A stretch of DNA of 64,000 bases from Geopsychrobacteraceae bacterium (lineage in GTDB: Bacteria; Desulfobacterota; Desulfuromonadia; Desulfuromonadales; Geopsychrobacteraceae). The DNA is taken from NCBI GenBank assembly GCA_963662315.1, contig OY759353.1, positions 1,216,001 through 1,280,000 of the forward strand, given 5' to 3'. Position 1 is the stretch's first letter; every line of letters begins with the position of its first letter. The position numbers and the translations under genes are program-made. Positions 39,149 to 48,413 of this stretch are shown in pieces. Under the pieces are notes generated by a model. That model was not told the origin of the DNA and ran no database searches. It worked only from the letters and a program-made list of their open reading frames with translations.

Positions 39149-40391
39149 AACGTAACGCCTCTGCCGGATCCATGCGCGACGCTCGCCAGGCCGGATAAAT
39201 GGTCGCCAGAAGACAAATGAGCATCGCCATAATCATGACCGCAACCACATCACTGGCAATAATCTGAGCCGGAAAATGCTCCATCCCATAAACCGCCTGG
39301 TCAAAAATACGGATATGAAAAGTTCTTTCCAGGTATTTAATAATACTGTCAGCATAATGGGCTAACGAGATCCCCAAAAGGCTGCCGATCCCAGTCCCTA
39401 AACAGCCTATTATCAGACCTTCCAGCATAAAGATTTTCATAATGCTGCGGGCATTGGCCCCCATTGCCCGCAAAATGGCAATATCGCGGCTTTTTTCCAT
39501 GACCACCATGATCAGGGTCGTTGCGATATTAAATGCGGCAACCAACACAATAATACCGAGCACAATAAACAGGCCCAGTTTTTCAAGTTTAAGCGCCGAA
39601 AGAAACGATCCATACAACGACTGCCATGGCCGAATGACATAAGGAAAACCGAACGCTTCAACCAATTTCTGAGCAACCTGAGGGGCACGGTCAAACAGAT
39701 CCACTTCAATTTCAATACCGCTGAGCAGGCCTTTTGAATCGAAAAAAGTCTGGGCTATGGAAAGCGGAATATAGGCATAAAAACTGTCAACAAGACTGCT
39801 TTGTTTCTGAAAAATAGCAATCACCCGAAATGGCTTCATTTTTGGAATCATGCCAAATGGGGTGATGGTAAACAATGGGGGAATAACATTAACAGTATCC
39901 CCGACAGCCACCCCCAAATTGGTCGCGGTATCAAGACCAATAATGATTCCGGGAACAGACGCATCGACAGAGGTAAACCACTTATCGGCAGGAGTATCAT
40001 CAACGGTGAGTAATTTCTGCTTAAAGATCTTGTGATCCGCAGCGACCCCTTTGACATTGACGGCAGCAACATTCCCCTTGGAAAGCAACATGGCTTCCTT
40101 CGCAACAAAAGGAGCTACAGAAATAACGTGAGGCATATCCTGGGCCGCGGCGATGATAGCATCCGCATCCTTAATACCACTACCAAAACTTTGAACCAGA
40201 ACATGGGGAACATTGCCGAGGATCTGCCGGCGGACACCGTCAGTAAACCCTGTCATTACTGCCAATACCAAAATCAACGCAGCAACCCCCAAGCTAACCC
40301 CGGCAACCGATATAAAAGAAATGACAGAAATGAACGTCTGCTTCCGTTTGGCACGCAGATAACGGAAGCTGATAAACCACTCGTAAGACAT
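39141..40391 (-). CDS. lolE: Lipoprotein-releasing ABC permease (LolC/E-type)
   Basis: [47 protein letters not shown]. Confidence 0.92.
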   Translation of the reverse strand: MSYEWFISFRYLRAKRKQTFISVISFISVAGVSLGVAALILVLAVMTGFTDGVRRQILGNVPHVLVQSFGSGIKDADAIIAAAQDMPHVISVAPFVAKEAMLLSKGNVAAVNVKGVAADHKIFKQKLLTVDDTPADKWFTSVDASVPGIIIGLDTATNLGVAVGDTVNVIPPLFTITPFGMIPKMKPFRVIAIFQKQSSLVDSFYAYIPLSIAQTFFDSKGLLSGIEIEVDLFDRAPQVAQKLVEAFGFPYVIRPWQSLYGSFLSALKLEKLGLFIVLGIIVLVAAFNIATTLIMVVMEKSRDIAILRAMGANARSIMKIFMLEGLIIGCLGTGIGSLLGISLAHYADSIIKYLERTFHIRIFDQAVYGMEHFPAQIIASDVVAVMIMAMLICLLATIYPAWRASRMDPAEALRYE

Positions 40392-40412
40392 TAGCAGCCG
40401 CTTCGTATTGAC

Positions 40413-40446
40413 AAGCTACCACCCAGGTCCACTTGAGTGGTAGCTT
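40413..40446. other. Stem-loop between lysS and lolE
   Basis: 10-bp inverted repeat aagctaccac...gtggtagctt. Confidence 0.45.
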
Positions 40447-40581
40447 TTATGTTGGCAGATTGGAAAAGAGAATTCAAATGCCCCTGCCCCAAGCGCTGAA
40501 AAGATAAGTAAACATTTCAGTCTCGCACGTCGTGCTATGTTGCAGGAATTGAAAACAAATACCCTTTCCGGACACCTCAAA

Positions 40582-42066
40582 CTAAGATATTTCCGGTCGC
40601 ATCTGCGGAAACAAAATAACGTCACGGATAGAGGAAGAATTCGTCAACAGCATAACCAGACGGTCTATACCGATACCCTCTCCTGCCGTCGGAGCCAAAC
40701 CATATTCCAGAGCGCGGATATAGTCCTCATCCATCTCATGAGCTTCATCATCACCCTTAGCTTTTTCTTCAAGCTGCTTGACGAAGCGATCCTTCTGATC
40801 AATCGGATTATTCAGCTCAGAGAAGGCGTTAGCCAGTTCCCGTCCGACAATAAACAGCTCGAAACGATCGACAACTTCGGGATTCTCATCGTTTTTCCGC
40901 GACAAAGGCGATACTTCGGTCGGATATTCGGTAATAAAGGTCGGCTGCCACAACTGAGGCTCAGCGACCACATCAAAGAGCTCGGTGAGCAGCTTTCCAT
41001 GACCGATAGTACTATCAAGATCCAGGCCGAGACGCTTGGCATAGTTTAAACACTGATCAAAATCTTCAAGAGCTTCGAGAGAGATATCGCCGTATTTGAC
41101 AATCGCTTCACGCATTGTCAGGCGTTCCCACGGCGGGGTCAGATCGACGTCTTTGTCACCGTAAGGAATGACCTTGCTGCCACAAACCTGCTGAGCAATA
41201 TCACTGATCATCGTTTCGGTATAATCCATCAAATCATGATAAGTCGCATAGGCGCAGTAGAATTCCATCATGGTGAATTCAGGGTTATGCCGGATGGAGA
41301 TCCCTTCATTGCGGAAACTGCGATTGATCTCAAAGACTCGATCAAAGCCGCCAACGACCAGTCGCTTAAGATAAAGTTCAGGCGCAATACGCAGAAAAAG
41401 ATCCATCTTCAGGGTATTATGATGGGTCACAAAGGGCCTTGCCGTCGCTCCGCCGGCAACCGGTTGCAGCATGGGGGTTTCAACTTCAAGGTAATTATTT
41501 TTCATCATATGCTGACGGATCAGATTTACAATCTGACTCCGCTTACGAAAAACATCCCGGACTTCAGGATTTACAATCAAATCAAGATAACGCTGCCGAT
41601 AACGGGTTTCCACATCGGTCAACCCATGCCATTTTTCAGGAAGCGGAAGTAATGACTTCGTCAGTAATTTAATTTCTGCGGCACGCAATGAAAGTTCATT
41701 GGTCTTGGTTCGGAATGGCGCTCCGACAATACCGATAATATCGCCGATATCAAACTTCTTGAACAGTTCAAAAGCCTCATCACCAATCTGGTTTTTTGCC
41801 ACGTAAACCTGGATCCGGCCACTCCCGTCCTGAATCTGCAGAAAAGCCGCTTTACCGAAATCACGCCGAGCCATTATTCTACCGGCAATGCGATACTCAG
41901 CATGATACTCTTCGAGAGCAACCTGATCATCAGCTTCATGGGCAGCCATGATAATACCTGCATTACTGGTAACTTTAAAATCATTGGCAAAAGGATTAAC
42001 ACCAGCATCCAGGTAGCTGTCCAGTTTAGCCCGCCGCTGTTGCAATAAGTCGTTAAGTTCTTCCAT
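40582..42066 (-). CDS. lysS: Lysine--tRNA ligase (class II)
   Basis: LPEKWHGL, RYRQRYLDL, LRIAPELYLKRL, FRNEG, HNPEF, GIGIDRL. Confidence 0.98.
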   Translation of the reverse strand: MEELNDLLQQRRAKLDSYLDAGVNPFANDFKVTSNAGIIMAAHEADDQVALEEYHAEYRIAGRIMARRDFGKAAFLQIQDGSGRIQVYVAKNQIGDEAFELFKKFDIGDIIGIVGAPFRTKTNELSLRAAEIKLLTKSLLPLPEKWHGLTDVETRYRQRYLDLIVNPEVRDVFRKRSQIVNLIRQHMMKNNYLEVETPMLQPVAGGATARPFVTHHNTLKMDLFLRIAPELYLKRLVVGGFDRVFEINRSFRNEGISIRHNPEFTMMEFYCAYATYHDLMDYTETMISDIAQQVCGSKVIPYGDKDVDLTPPWERLTMREAIVKYGDISLEALEDFDQCLNYAKRLGLDLDSTIGHGKLLTELFDVVAEPQLWQPTFITEYPTEVSPLSRKNDENPEVVDRFELFIVGRELANAFSELNNPIDQKDRFVKQLEEKAKGDDEAHEMDEDYIRALEYGLAPTAGEGIGIDRLVMLLTNSSSIRDVILFPQMRPEIS

Positions 42067-42266
42067 TGTTCCAATCCTTATAGATAATTTGGTGACGCAC
42101 GATAACCCTTGCGTACCTGTTTCGTCAAGACCGAAAGCCCGTTCGGATCTGAGGCGCTATAAGTATGTATGGATTACAGTGTCAGCAGAAACGGCAGGAA
42201 TGGAGAAAAGTTGTCACAATAGGATATTTGTCACATTGAGGACGGTAAAAGTAGGAATCAAGCCCT

Positions 42267-43082
42267 TTAATTCTGACAATGCGGGCAATAAAACGTTGAA
42301 CGCTGACCGATGCGCTTTACACCCAAAGTCGCTCCACATTGCACACAGGGTTCACCACCTCGCCCGTAGACATCGAGCTGTTGTTTAAAATACCCGGGCT
42401 TTCCATCACTCTGCCTGAAATCACTGATCGTTGTCCCTCCCGCAATTATCGCTTTAGCAAGGACATCCTTAATCGCGTCAACCAGCCGGGAATAGCGTTG
42501 AAAACTTATTTGTCCTGCAGACCGAGACGGGAGAATACCGCTGTGAAACAGGGCTTCATTCGCATAGATATTACCGACCCCGACAACAACGGCCTGATCC
42601 ATGATAAAGGATTTTACGGCAATTCTTTTACCTTGTGCCCTTTGATAAAGATAGGCTCCGTTAAAATCATCACTTAGGGGCTCAGGTCCAAGATGCTCAA
42701 GCAGTTTATGTTGCCAGGGATTTTCTTTTAAAAATAGAAAAATTCCAAACTTTCTGGGATCACTAAAGCGCAGGCAAGTGCTGTCAGTAAAGATAACATC
42801 GACATGATCGTGTTTATGTTCTGTTGTAGCGGCCGGGACGATCTTCAATACGCCTGTCATCCCCAGATGAATCGCAATAGTACCAGAGCTTAAGGTCAAC
42901 AGCAGGTATTTGGCACGTCGAAACACGTTCAGAACGTGCTGCCCGGCAAGCTGTTCCGGCACTTTTGGATCAAGAGGAAGGCGCAGCTTTGTGGTTCTGA
43001 AAACAACCTCAAGAATCTGCTTGCCAACAATATGAGGACGTATGCCCTGCAATACGGTTTCGACTTCAGGAAGTTCCGGCAT
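42267..43082 (-). CDS. mutM: Formamidopyrimidine-DNA glycosylase
   Basis: True start MPELPEVET at 43082; RRAKY, HLGMTG, GVGNIYA, C-terminal CxxC..CxxC zinc finger. Confidence 0.97.
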   Translation of the reverse strand: MPELPEVETVLQGIRPHIVGKQILEVVFRTTKLRLPLDPKVPEQLAGQHVLNVFRRAKYLLLTLSSGTIAIHLGMTGVLKIVPAATTEHKHDHVDVIFTDSTCLRFSDPRKFGIFLFLKENPWQHKLLEHLGPEPLSDDFNGAYLYQRAQGKRIAVKSFIMDQAVVVGVGNIYANEALFHSGILPSRSAGQISFQRYSRLVDAIKDVLAKAIIAGGTTISDFRQSDGKPGYFKQQLDVYGRGGEPCVQCGATLGVKRIGQRSTFYCPHCQN

Positions 43083-43086
43083 TTCA

Positions 43087-43506
43087 TTACATCCTGAATT
43101 TTTGTGAAGCCTGATCAAAATGACTAAAGTCAATCTGCCATGGGTCACCAGAATAATCGTCTGAAGAAAGTTTCTGAGCCGAATGATAGAACCATTGCTG
43201 CCCATCGCGCAGAACCAGTGCCAGTTCATAAAAGAACTGTTCAATGCCATCACAAGATAGCTGCATGGCAATTAAACACTCTGCCTGGTTAGCAGACAAC
43301 TCCCGGAATTTTAAAAACTGCCAGTTCTTTACCTCAATAGCCGCCAACTGAGCTTTGGCAAAACGCACATACTCATGACTGGTGGTAAAATTTTCCCTAA
43401 ACGGTGCCGATTGATGATAACTTCGATAAACGGCCTCATAGCAACCGTTGCCAAGATTAGCGAAGCGCTCAGTCCAGAAGTGTTCCAAAGATATTCTTGT
43501 TACCAT
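43087..43506 (-). CDS. Hypothetical protein, YchJ-like NTF2 domain
   Basis: 139 aa tightly packed in the operon; RF...Y.SYH and E...F/L.R...W.Y pattern reminiscent of YchJ. Confidence 0.55.
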   Translation of the reverse strand: MVTRISLEHFWTERFANLGNGCYEAVYRSYHQSAPFRENFTTSHEYVRFAKAQLAAIEVKNWQFLKFRELSANQAECLIAMQLSCDGIEQFFYELALVLRDGQQWFYHSAQKLSSDDYSGDPWQIDFSHFDQASQKFRM

Positions 43507-44361
43507 TTATTCTCCCAATCGGGGGTCGAGGGCATCACGAATCCCCTCTCCTAACAGGTTGTAGCCTAAAACAGTGATCAAAATAGCCAGACCAGGGAAC
43601 ACCGATAACCACCAGGCACTCCCCAAAGTCTGCTTTCCGACAATCAACATATTACCCCAGGACGGAGTTGGGGGCTGAACACCGATGCCTAAAAATGAAA
43701 GAGCACTTTCCGTAAGAATAGCGCCGGCAACGCCAAGAGTTGCCGAAACCAGCACCGGAGACAGAGCATTAGGTAAAATATGGCAGAAAATCAAACGTGA
43801 ATCAGAAGCACCAAGAGCTTTGGCAGCCTGAACAAAATCACGTTGACGCAGACTGAGAAACTCTGCGCGCACCAGACGCGCCACCCCCATCCAGCTGGTT
43901 AAACCAATAACAATCATAATATTCCAGATCGAAGGATCCAGAAACGCGATTACCGCAAGAATCAGAAAAAAAGTGGGAAAACAGAGCATAATGTCGACAA
44001 AACGCATTAGTAAAGTATCGACCCAGCCACCGTAAAAACCGGCCACTGCCCCGAGGACAATACCAATAAGGGTCGATATGCCAACCGCAACAAATCCGAC
44101 AAGCAGGGAAATTCTGGCACCATAAAGCATACGCAGCAAGACATCGCGCCCAAGGTCATCGGTGCCGAGAAAATACTCCCAACTTGGGGGTAACAGACTT
44201 TTTTTAATATTAATTGCGGCGGGATCTCCGGCAATAAAGGAGGCCAGAGCAGCCATCATAAACATTAGCAAAACAATGGCGGCTCCTGTCATCGCCATCC
44301 GGTTATGTTTTAACCTTTGCCAGACGACATCCCTCACAAAACGACCGTGGACATCACTCAT
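43507..44361 (-). CDS. Peptide/nickel ABC transporter permease (OppC/DppC)
   Basis: LGTDDLGRD, GARISL, ARLVRAE, EAA-like loop AAKALGAS, HILPN, LSFLG.G..PP.PSWG. Confidence 0.93.
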   Translation of the reverse strand: MSDVHGRFVRDVVWQRLKHNRMAMTGAAIVLLMFMMAALASFIAGDPAAINIKKSLLPPSWEYFLGTDDLGRDVLLRMLYGARISLLVGFVAVGISTLIGIVLGAVAGFYGGWVDTLLMRFVDIMLCFPTFFLILAVIAFLDPSIWNIMIVIGLTSWMGVARLVRAEFLSLRQRDFVQAAKALGASDSRLIFCHILPNALSPVLVSATLGVAGAILTESALSFLGIGVQPPTPSWGNMLIVGKQTLGSAWWLSVFPGLAILITVLGYNLLGEGIRDALDPRLGE

Positions 44362-44365
44362 ATCA

Positions 44366-44983
44366 TCAACCAAGCTTTATTTTCTCAACATCATAGGCAC
44401 TCAGTATGCCCTTCTGCTGCAACACATCAATCAAGCGCTCAAGACGGGGATCTTGAGTGTCAACAGTAGAAAGATCGCCCCGATGAAAGTTGTCCATGTC
44501 TGTTCCAGCAAAATCAGCTACCGGTTCAGGTGCCTGAACCTTAGGCATATTGCTACGAATTGCCTGCAGTATCTCATCCTCACTGGCCAGTACCGGTAAT
44601 ATCCGGCAGCCGGTCGTAAACTGCAGAGTGTCAATCAGATCAACCCGTGTTGGGTCAGACATAGCAACCCGCATGGTCTTCTCTTGGTTAATCGTTTTAA
44701 CTTCAACTGGTACAACGCCAAGCTTCAGCATCTTATCAAACGATAATAGCTGAGTAATTTCCTCAGAAAGAATGATGTCTTCCAGAGGAATACGAGCATA
44801 TTTTTCCTGAACTTCGAGATACTCCAGAATCGTCGCTTCAGGCAAATAACCAAGCTTGACCAGAGCGCTGCCGATCTGCCCCCCCAGGTTGCGCTGCAGG
44901 GACAACGCTGACTCAAGTTGAAATTGATCTATCAGACCAGCCTCAAGCAGCATCTCTCCTAATCGGTTCGCATTCAATTCCAT
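44366..44983 (-). CDS. Stand-alone MshEN (GspE N-terminal) domain protein, candidate c-di-GMP receptor
   Basis: RLGEMLLEAGLIDQFQLESALSLQ fits the MshEN motif; second repeat follows a 5-aa linker; VAMSDP; no ATPase domain. Confidence 0.85.
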   Translation of the reverse strand: MELNANRLGEMLLEAGLIDQFQLESALSLQRNLGGQIGSALVKLGYLPEATILEYLEVQEKYARIPLEDIILSEEITQLLSFDKMLKLGVVPVEVKTINQEKTMRVAMSDPTRVDLIDTLQFTTGCRILPVLASEDEILQAIRSNMPKVQAPEPVADFAGTDMDNFHRGDLSTVDTQDPRLERLIDVLQQKGILSAYDVEKIKLG

Positions 44984-45002
44984 AATCTCCTCTTTCAGTG
45001 AA

Positions 45003-45995
45003 TCAGGACGACTGCCCTTGCTGCCCCTGACGAATGCGCGGATCAGCTAAAGCATAACAGATATCAGCCAGCAAATTCCCCAATAGAGTCAAAACCGCCC
45101 CCACAACAAGAATACCCATAATTAATGGATAATCGCGCATCATGACACCATCATAAAATAATTTCCCCATACCGGGGATTGCAAAAATTGTTTCAAAAAT
45201 CACGCTACCGCCAATCAGCCCTGGAATGGAAAGCCCAAGGATGGTAATAACCGGCAACAGGGCATTACGTAAGGCGTGCTTATAGATGACTGTTCGTTCA
45301 GACAAGCCTTTTGCACGGGCAGTGAGGATATAGTCCTGCCTGATGACTTCAAGCATATTGGAACGCATGTAGCGGGAAAAACCGGCGACACCACCAATTG
45401 CAGAAATAAAAACCGGCAGCACCAAATGGCTGATACGATCAATAATCTGCGCCCCCACACCGAGATATTCATACCCCAGAGACTTGAGTCCGGAAACAGG
45501 CAGAAAACCCAGCCGGACCCCAAACCAATCCATCATCAACAGTGCCAGCCAGAAAGATGGCATGGCGAAACCGGTAAAAACCAGAATGGTTGTCGTTCGG
45601 TCAAAACCGCTATTGCGCCTGACTGCCGACATGACTCCAAGGGGTACCGAGATGCCAAGAATAACCACAATTGACATCAGGTTCAGCATAATAGTCACCG
45701 GTAACCGTTCCAGGACCTTATCCAGAACCGGTCTGCGGTCGGTCGCGAACGATTCGCCGAAGTCAAGCTGCAACAACCGGCCTAACCAGGTACCATATTG
45801 AACATACAGAGGCTGATCCAAGCCATACTGCACCCGCAGCCGATCCTGCAATTCAGAACTGGCCTGAGGGTTCAGTTGCGTTTGAATATCTGTAGGCTCT
45901 CCAGGCGCAAGGTGAATAACGACAAAAGAAATCAACGTAATCCCCAACAACAGAGGGACCAGCATAACCAGACGTTTGGTAATATAGCTCAGCAT
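45003..45995 (-). CDS. Peptide/nickel ABC transporter permease (OppB/DppB)
   Basis: True start MLSYITKRL at 45995; GLDQP, DFGES, TARAKGL, HALRNA, ETIF.IPG.G, DPRIR. Confidence 0.93.
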   Translation of the reverse strand: MLSYITKRLVMLVPLLLGITLISFVVIHLAPGEPTDIQTQLNPQASSELQDRLRVQYGLDQPLYVQYGTWLGRLLQLDFGESFATDRRPVLDKVLERLPVTIMLNLMSIVVILGISVPLGVMSAVRRNSGFDRTTTILVFTGFAMPSFWLALLMMDWFGVRLGFLPVSGLKSLGYEYLGVGAQIIDRISHLVLPVFISAIGGVAGFSRYMRSNMLEVIRQDYILTARAKGLSERTVIYKHALRNALLPVITILGLSIPGLIGGSVIFETIFAIPGMGKLFYDGVMMRDYPLIMGILVVGAVLTLLGNLLADICYALADPRIRQGQQGQSS

Positions 45996-45999
45996 ATTT

Positions 46000-47649
46000 T
46001 TACCTGGCGTATTTCTGTTCAGACTCAGGAACGTACCACTTGATAAAGTTGTAGCGAATTCCGGCTGCTGCAGGTTCAATCCCACGAAAACGTTTAGATA
46101 CTGCGGGCAAGGCCTTACCAATGTACAAAAAGGTATACGGCTGTTCTTCGGCCAGTATTTCCTGGAACCGGTCATAACAGGCTTTGCGCTGATCCTGATC
46201 AAAGACACGTCGCCCCTTCTCTAGCAAAGCATCGACCTCACTGTTTTCAAATCCGATAAAGTTGAGTTGCCCCGGAGCGGTTTTACTTGAATGCCAAACA
46301 CTGTACTGATCCGGTTCAGGTCCGCCTGACCAAGCAAGGATGGTCGCATCGAAATTACCTGGATTGATAAATTCTTTAAGAAAAGTAGCCCATTCGACAA
46401 TTCGCAACTTCACATCAATACCAACCTCACGAAATCGCTGCTGGACAATCTCACCGGTTTTGGAGCGCAAGTCATTGCCCTGGTTGGTAACAATAGTAAA
46501 AGCAAAATTCTGACCATCTTTCTCACGGATACCATCACCATTCGTATCAATCCAGCCTGCATCCCTCAGCAGCTGTCTTGCTCTTTCAGGATTATAGTCA
46601 TAGCGCCTGACATTGGCATTATAAACCCAGGAGTCGGGTTTATAAGGTCCTGTAGCCGCAACGCCATAGCCAAGCAGCACACCATCAATTATCTCCTGTT
46701 TATTGATGGCGTATGACAGGGCCTGCCGCACGCGTTTATCCTGAAACAGGGGGCGTCTTAAATTATAGCCCAGATACGTGTAGCCAAAGCTCAAGTAGCT
46801 GTATTTGTTGTAGAGGCGACGAAATGCCGGGGTATCTGTTTGCCGGTCATATTGCAAGGGGGACAGGCCCATAAAATCAAGGCTACCTGTCTGCAATTCC
46901 AGAAATTGGGTAGAAATGTCAGGAATAACCCTGATGACAACCCGCCTGATGTTAGGCTGTCCTTCAAAATAATCGGGATTTGCCTCCAGAACAATCTTCT
47001 CGCCGCCGATCCACTCCTTGAAAACATAAGGGCCGGTACCTACCGGCTGGCGGGCCAGCTTACTTTTAGTAACATCCTGCCCGGCCAGAAGATGTTGTGG
47101 ATGCACCGGCATTCCCCAGCTCAACAATGCGGGTGCATAGGGTTTATCATAATGAACGATGAAAGTATAAGGATCAGGAGTTTCGACACTTTTAACCTGA
47201 CGAAACGACTCCGCATAGGCTGTTGGCGTTTTTGGATCAATATAAAGTTCATAATTAAACCTGACATCAGCAGATGTAAATGGCTCGCCATCATGCCAGA
47301 GAACGTTTTTCCGTAAATGAAAGGTAATCGTCAGATTGTCAGTTGAAACCTCCCAGGACTCGGCAAGTTCACCCTCCAGCTTTAGATCCTTATCGTAACG
47401 GATCAAACCATTATAGATCAGACCGTTGACATCACTTGATGCAGAATCAGAGGCCAAAACCGGCAGAAGCGTATTGGCATCGCCAATGGAGGCTTCAATA
47501 AAAGTATCGCCGAAAACCGCTTTATTGGTGTTATCAAGTCCCGGATCAGTAGGCGCACGATCCTGACAGGCCGTCAACAAAAGAACAGCTGGGATCGCTA
47601 AAAGAACCAACAAGCGTTTAATCATGAATGAGGTTTTGTTGCACATCAT
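46000..47649 (-). CDS. Peptide ABC transporter substrate-binding lipoprotein (OppA/AppA family)
   Basis: Lipobox [32 protein letters not shown]; start may be 47625. Confidence 0.92.
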   Translation of the reverse strand: MMCNKTSFMIKRLLVLLAIPAVLLLTACQDRAPTDPGLDNTNKAVFGDTFIEASIGDANTLLPVLASDSASSDVNGLIYNGLIRYDKDLKLEGELAESWEVSTDNLTITFHLRKNVLWHDGEPFTSADVRFNYELYIDPKTPTAYAESFRQVKSVETPDPYTFIVHYDKPYAPALLSWGMPVHPQHLLAGQDVTKSKLARQPVGTGPYVFKEWIGGEKIVLEANPDYFEGQPNIRRVVIRVIPDISTQFLELQTGSLDFMGLSPLQYDRQTDTPAFRRLYNKYSYLSFGYTYLGYNLRRPLFQDKRVRQALSYAINKQEIIDGVLLGYGVAATGPYKPDSWVYNANVRRYDYNPERARQLLRDAGWIDTNGDGIREKDGQNFAFTIVTNQGNDLRSKTGEIVQQRFREVGIDVKLRIVEWATFLKEFINPGNFDATILAWSGGPEPDQYSVWHSSKTAPGQLNFIGFENSEVDALLEKGRRVFDQDQRKACYDRFQEILAEEQPYTFLYIGKALPAVSKRFRGIEPAAAGIRYNFIKWYVPESEQKYAR

Positions 47650-47651
47650 AG

Positions 47652-48413
47652 TTACAGTGTTTCTATAAGGGCCCCTTGCGGAGCGGATATCCTGAATTGA
47701 TCATCAGCTATTTCGGCGTTGATTGAAGGCTGTACCATCGCCACAGTAAGATGCATCAGTCGGCCCGGAACCTCAATCTTTAAAAGCTTGGGAAAATTAT
47801 GTTGGGTATTGAAATTTGCATAGTTGACTTGAAGTTGCAGATCCTTGTCCCAGTAATAACGAGACTCGATCATGCGTAATGCGGGATCAAAAACAATTTC
47901 CTGCCGGTAAGCATCATGAAACAACCTGAGCACCAGCATATCATCCTGTGCAGCCACATTTGCCCTGTTGTAATCAATCAACGGTGGTGCATACAGGAGA
48001 AATGAAACTAAATCCTTTATTTCCAAGGGAATCCTGACAAACCGGGAGAGATTTTCCTGCGTTGCAGGTCCCTGATAATACTTTCCCGGCACCGTTGTAT
48101 TCAGATAAGCGCTAAGGTAATCATTATCGATGGCAACCTGCATGATCAGCTGCCCGAACCCTGTCAATACATCAGCACGCAAACGAGCCGGCTTTTGTGC
48201 TAACAGAAACTGTTCGGTAGAAACATATTTACCTTCAAGATTCACCGACACATGAGCTTCGGTATCAACACTCTGACGACTTTCTGCTGCAAAGTGCAGC
48301 CGCTCCAGCAGACTTTCTGCCGTCGGCAAATCTGTCCAGACCTTGGGAACTGGACGGCCACATCCGCCAAGCAGGGCCAAGCAGACAACAAATATGGCGA
48401 TCTGAATTTTCAT
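47652..48413 (-). CDS. Lipoprotein with LolA/LolB-like fold (DUF4292-like)
   Basis: Lipobox LGGC; KPARLRAD...FG and C-terminal IN..I.D..F pattern like LolA/LolB-fold proteins. Confidence 0.55.
   Translation of the reverse strand: MKIQIAIFVVCLALLGGCGRPVPKVWTDLPTAESLLERLHFAAESRQSVDTEAHVSVNLEGKYVSTEQFLLAQKPARLRADVLTGFGQLIMQVAIDNDYLSAYLNTTVPGKYYQGPATQENLSRFVRIPLEIKDLVSFLLYAPPLIDYNRANVAAQDDMLVLRLFHDAYRQEIVFDPALRMIESRYYWDKDLQLQVNYANFNTQHNFPKLLKIEVPGRLMHLTVAMVQPSINAEIADDQFRISAPQGALIETL

Noticed and set aside
40537..41652. Plus-strand ORFs of 170 and 138 aa
   Set aside because: Antisense shadows of the conserved lysS gene
43083..46208. Long N-terminal extensions of mutM (to 43271) and oppB (to 46208) in the ORF track
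   Set aside because: They overlap upstream genes; conserved starts are at 43082 (MPELPEV) and 45995 (MLSYITKR)
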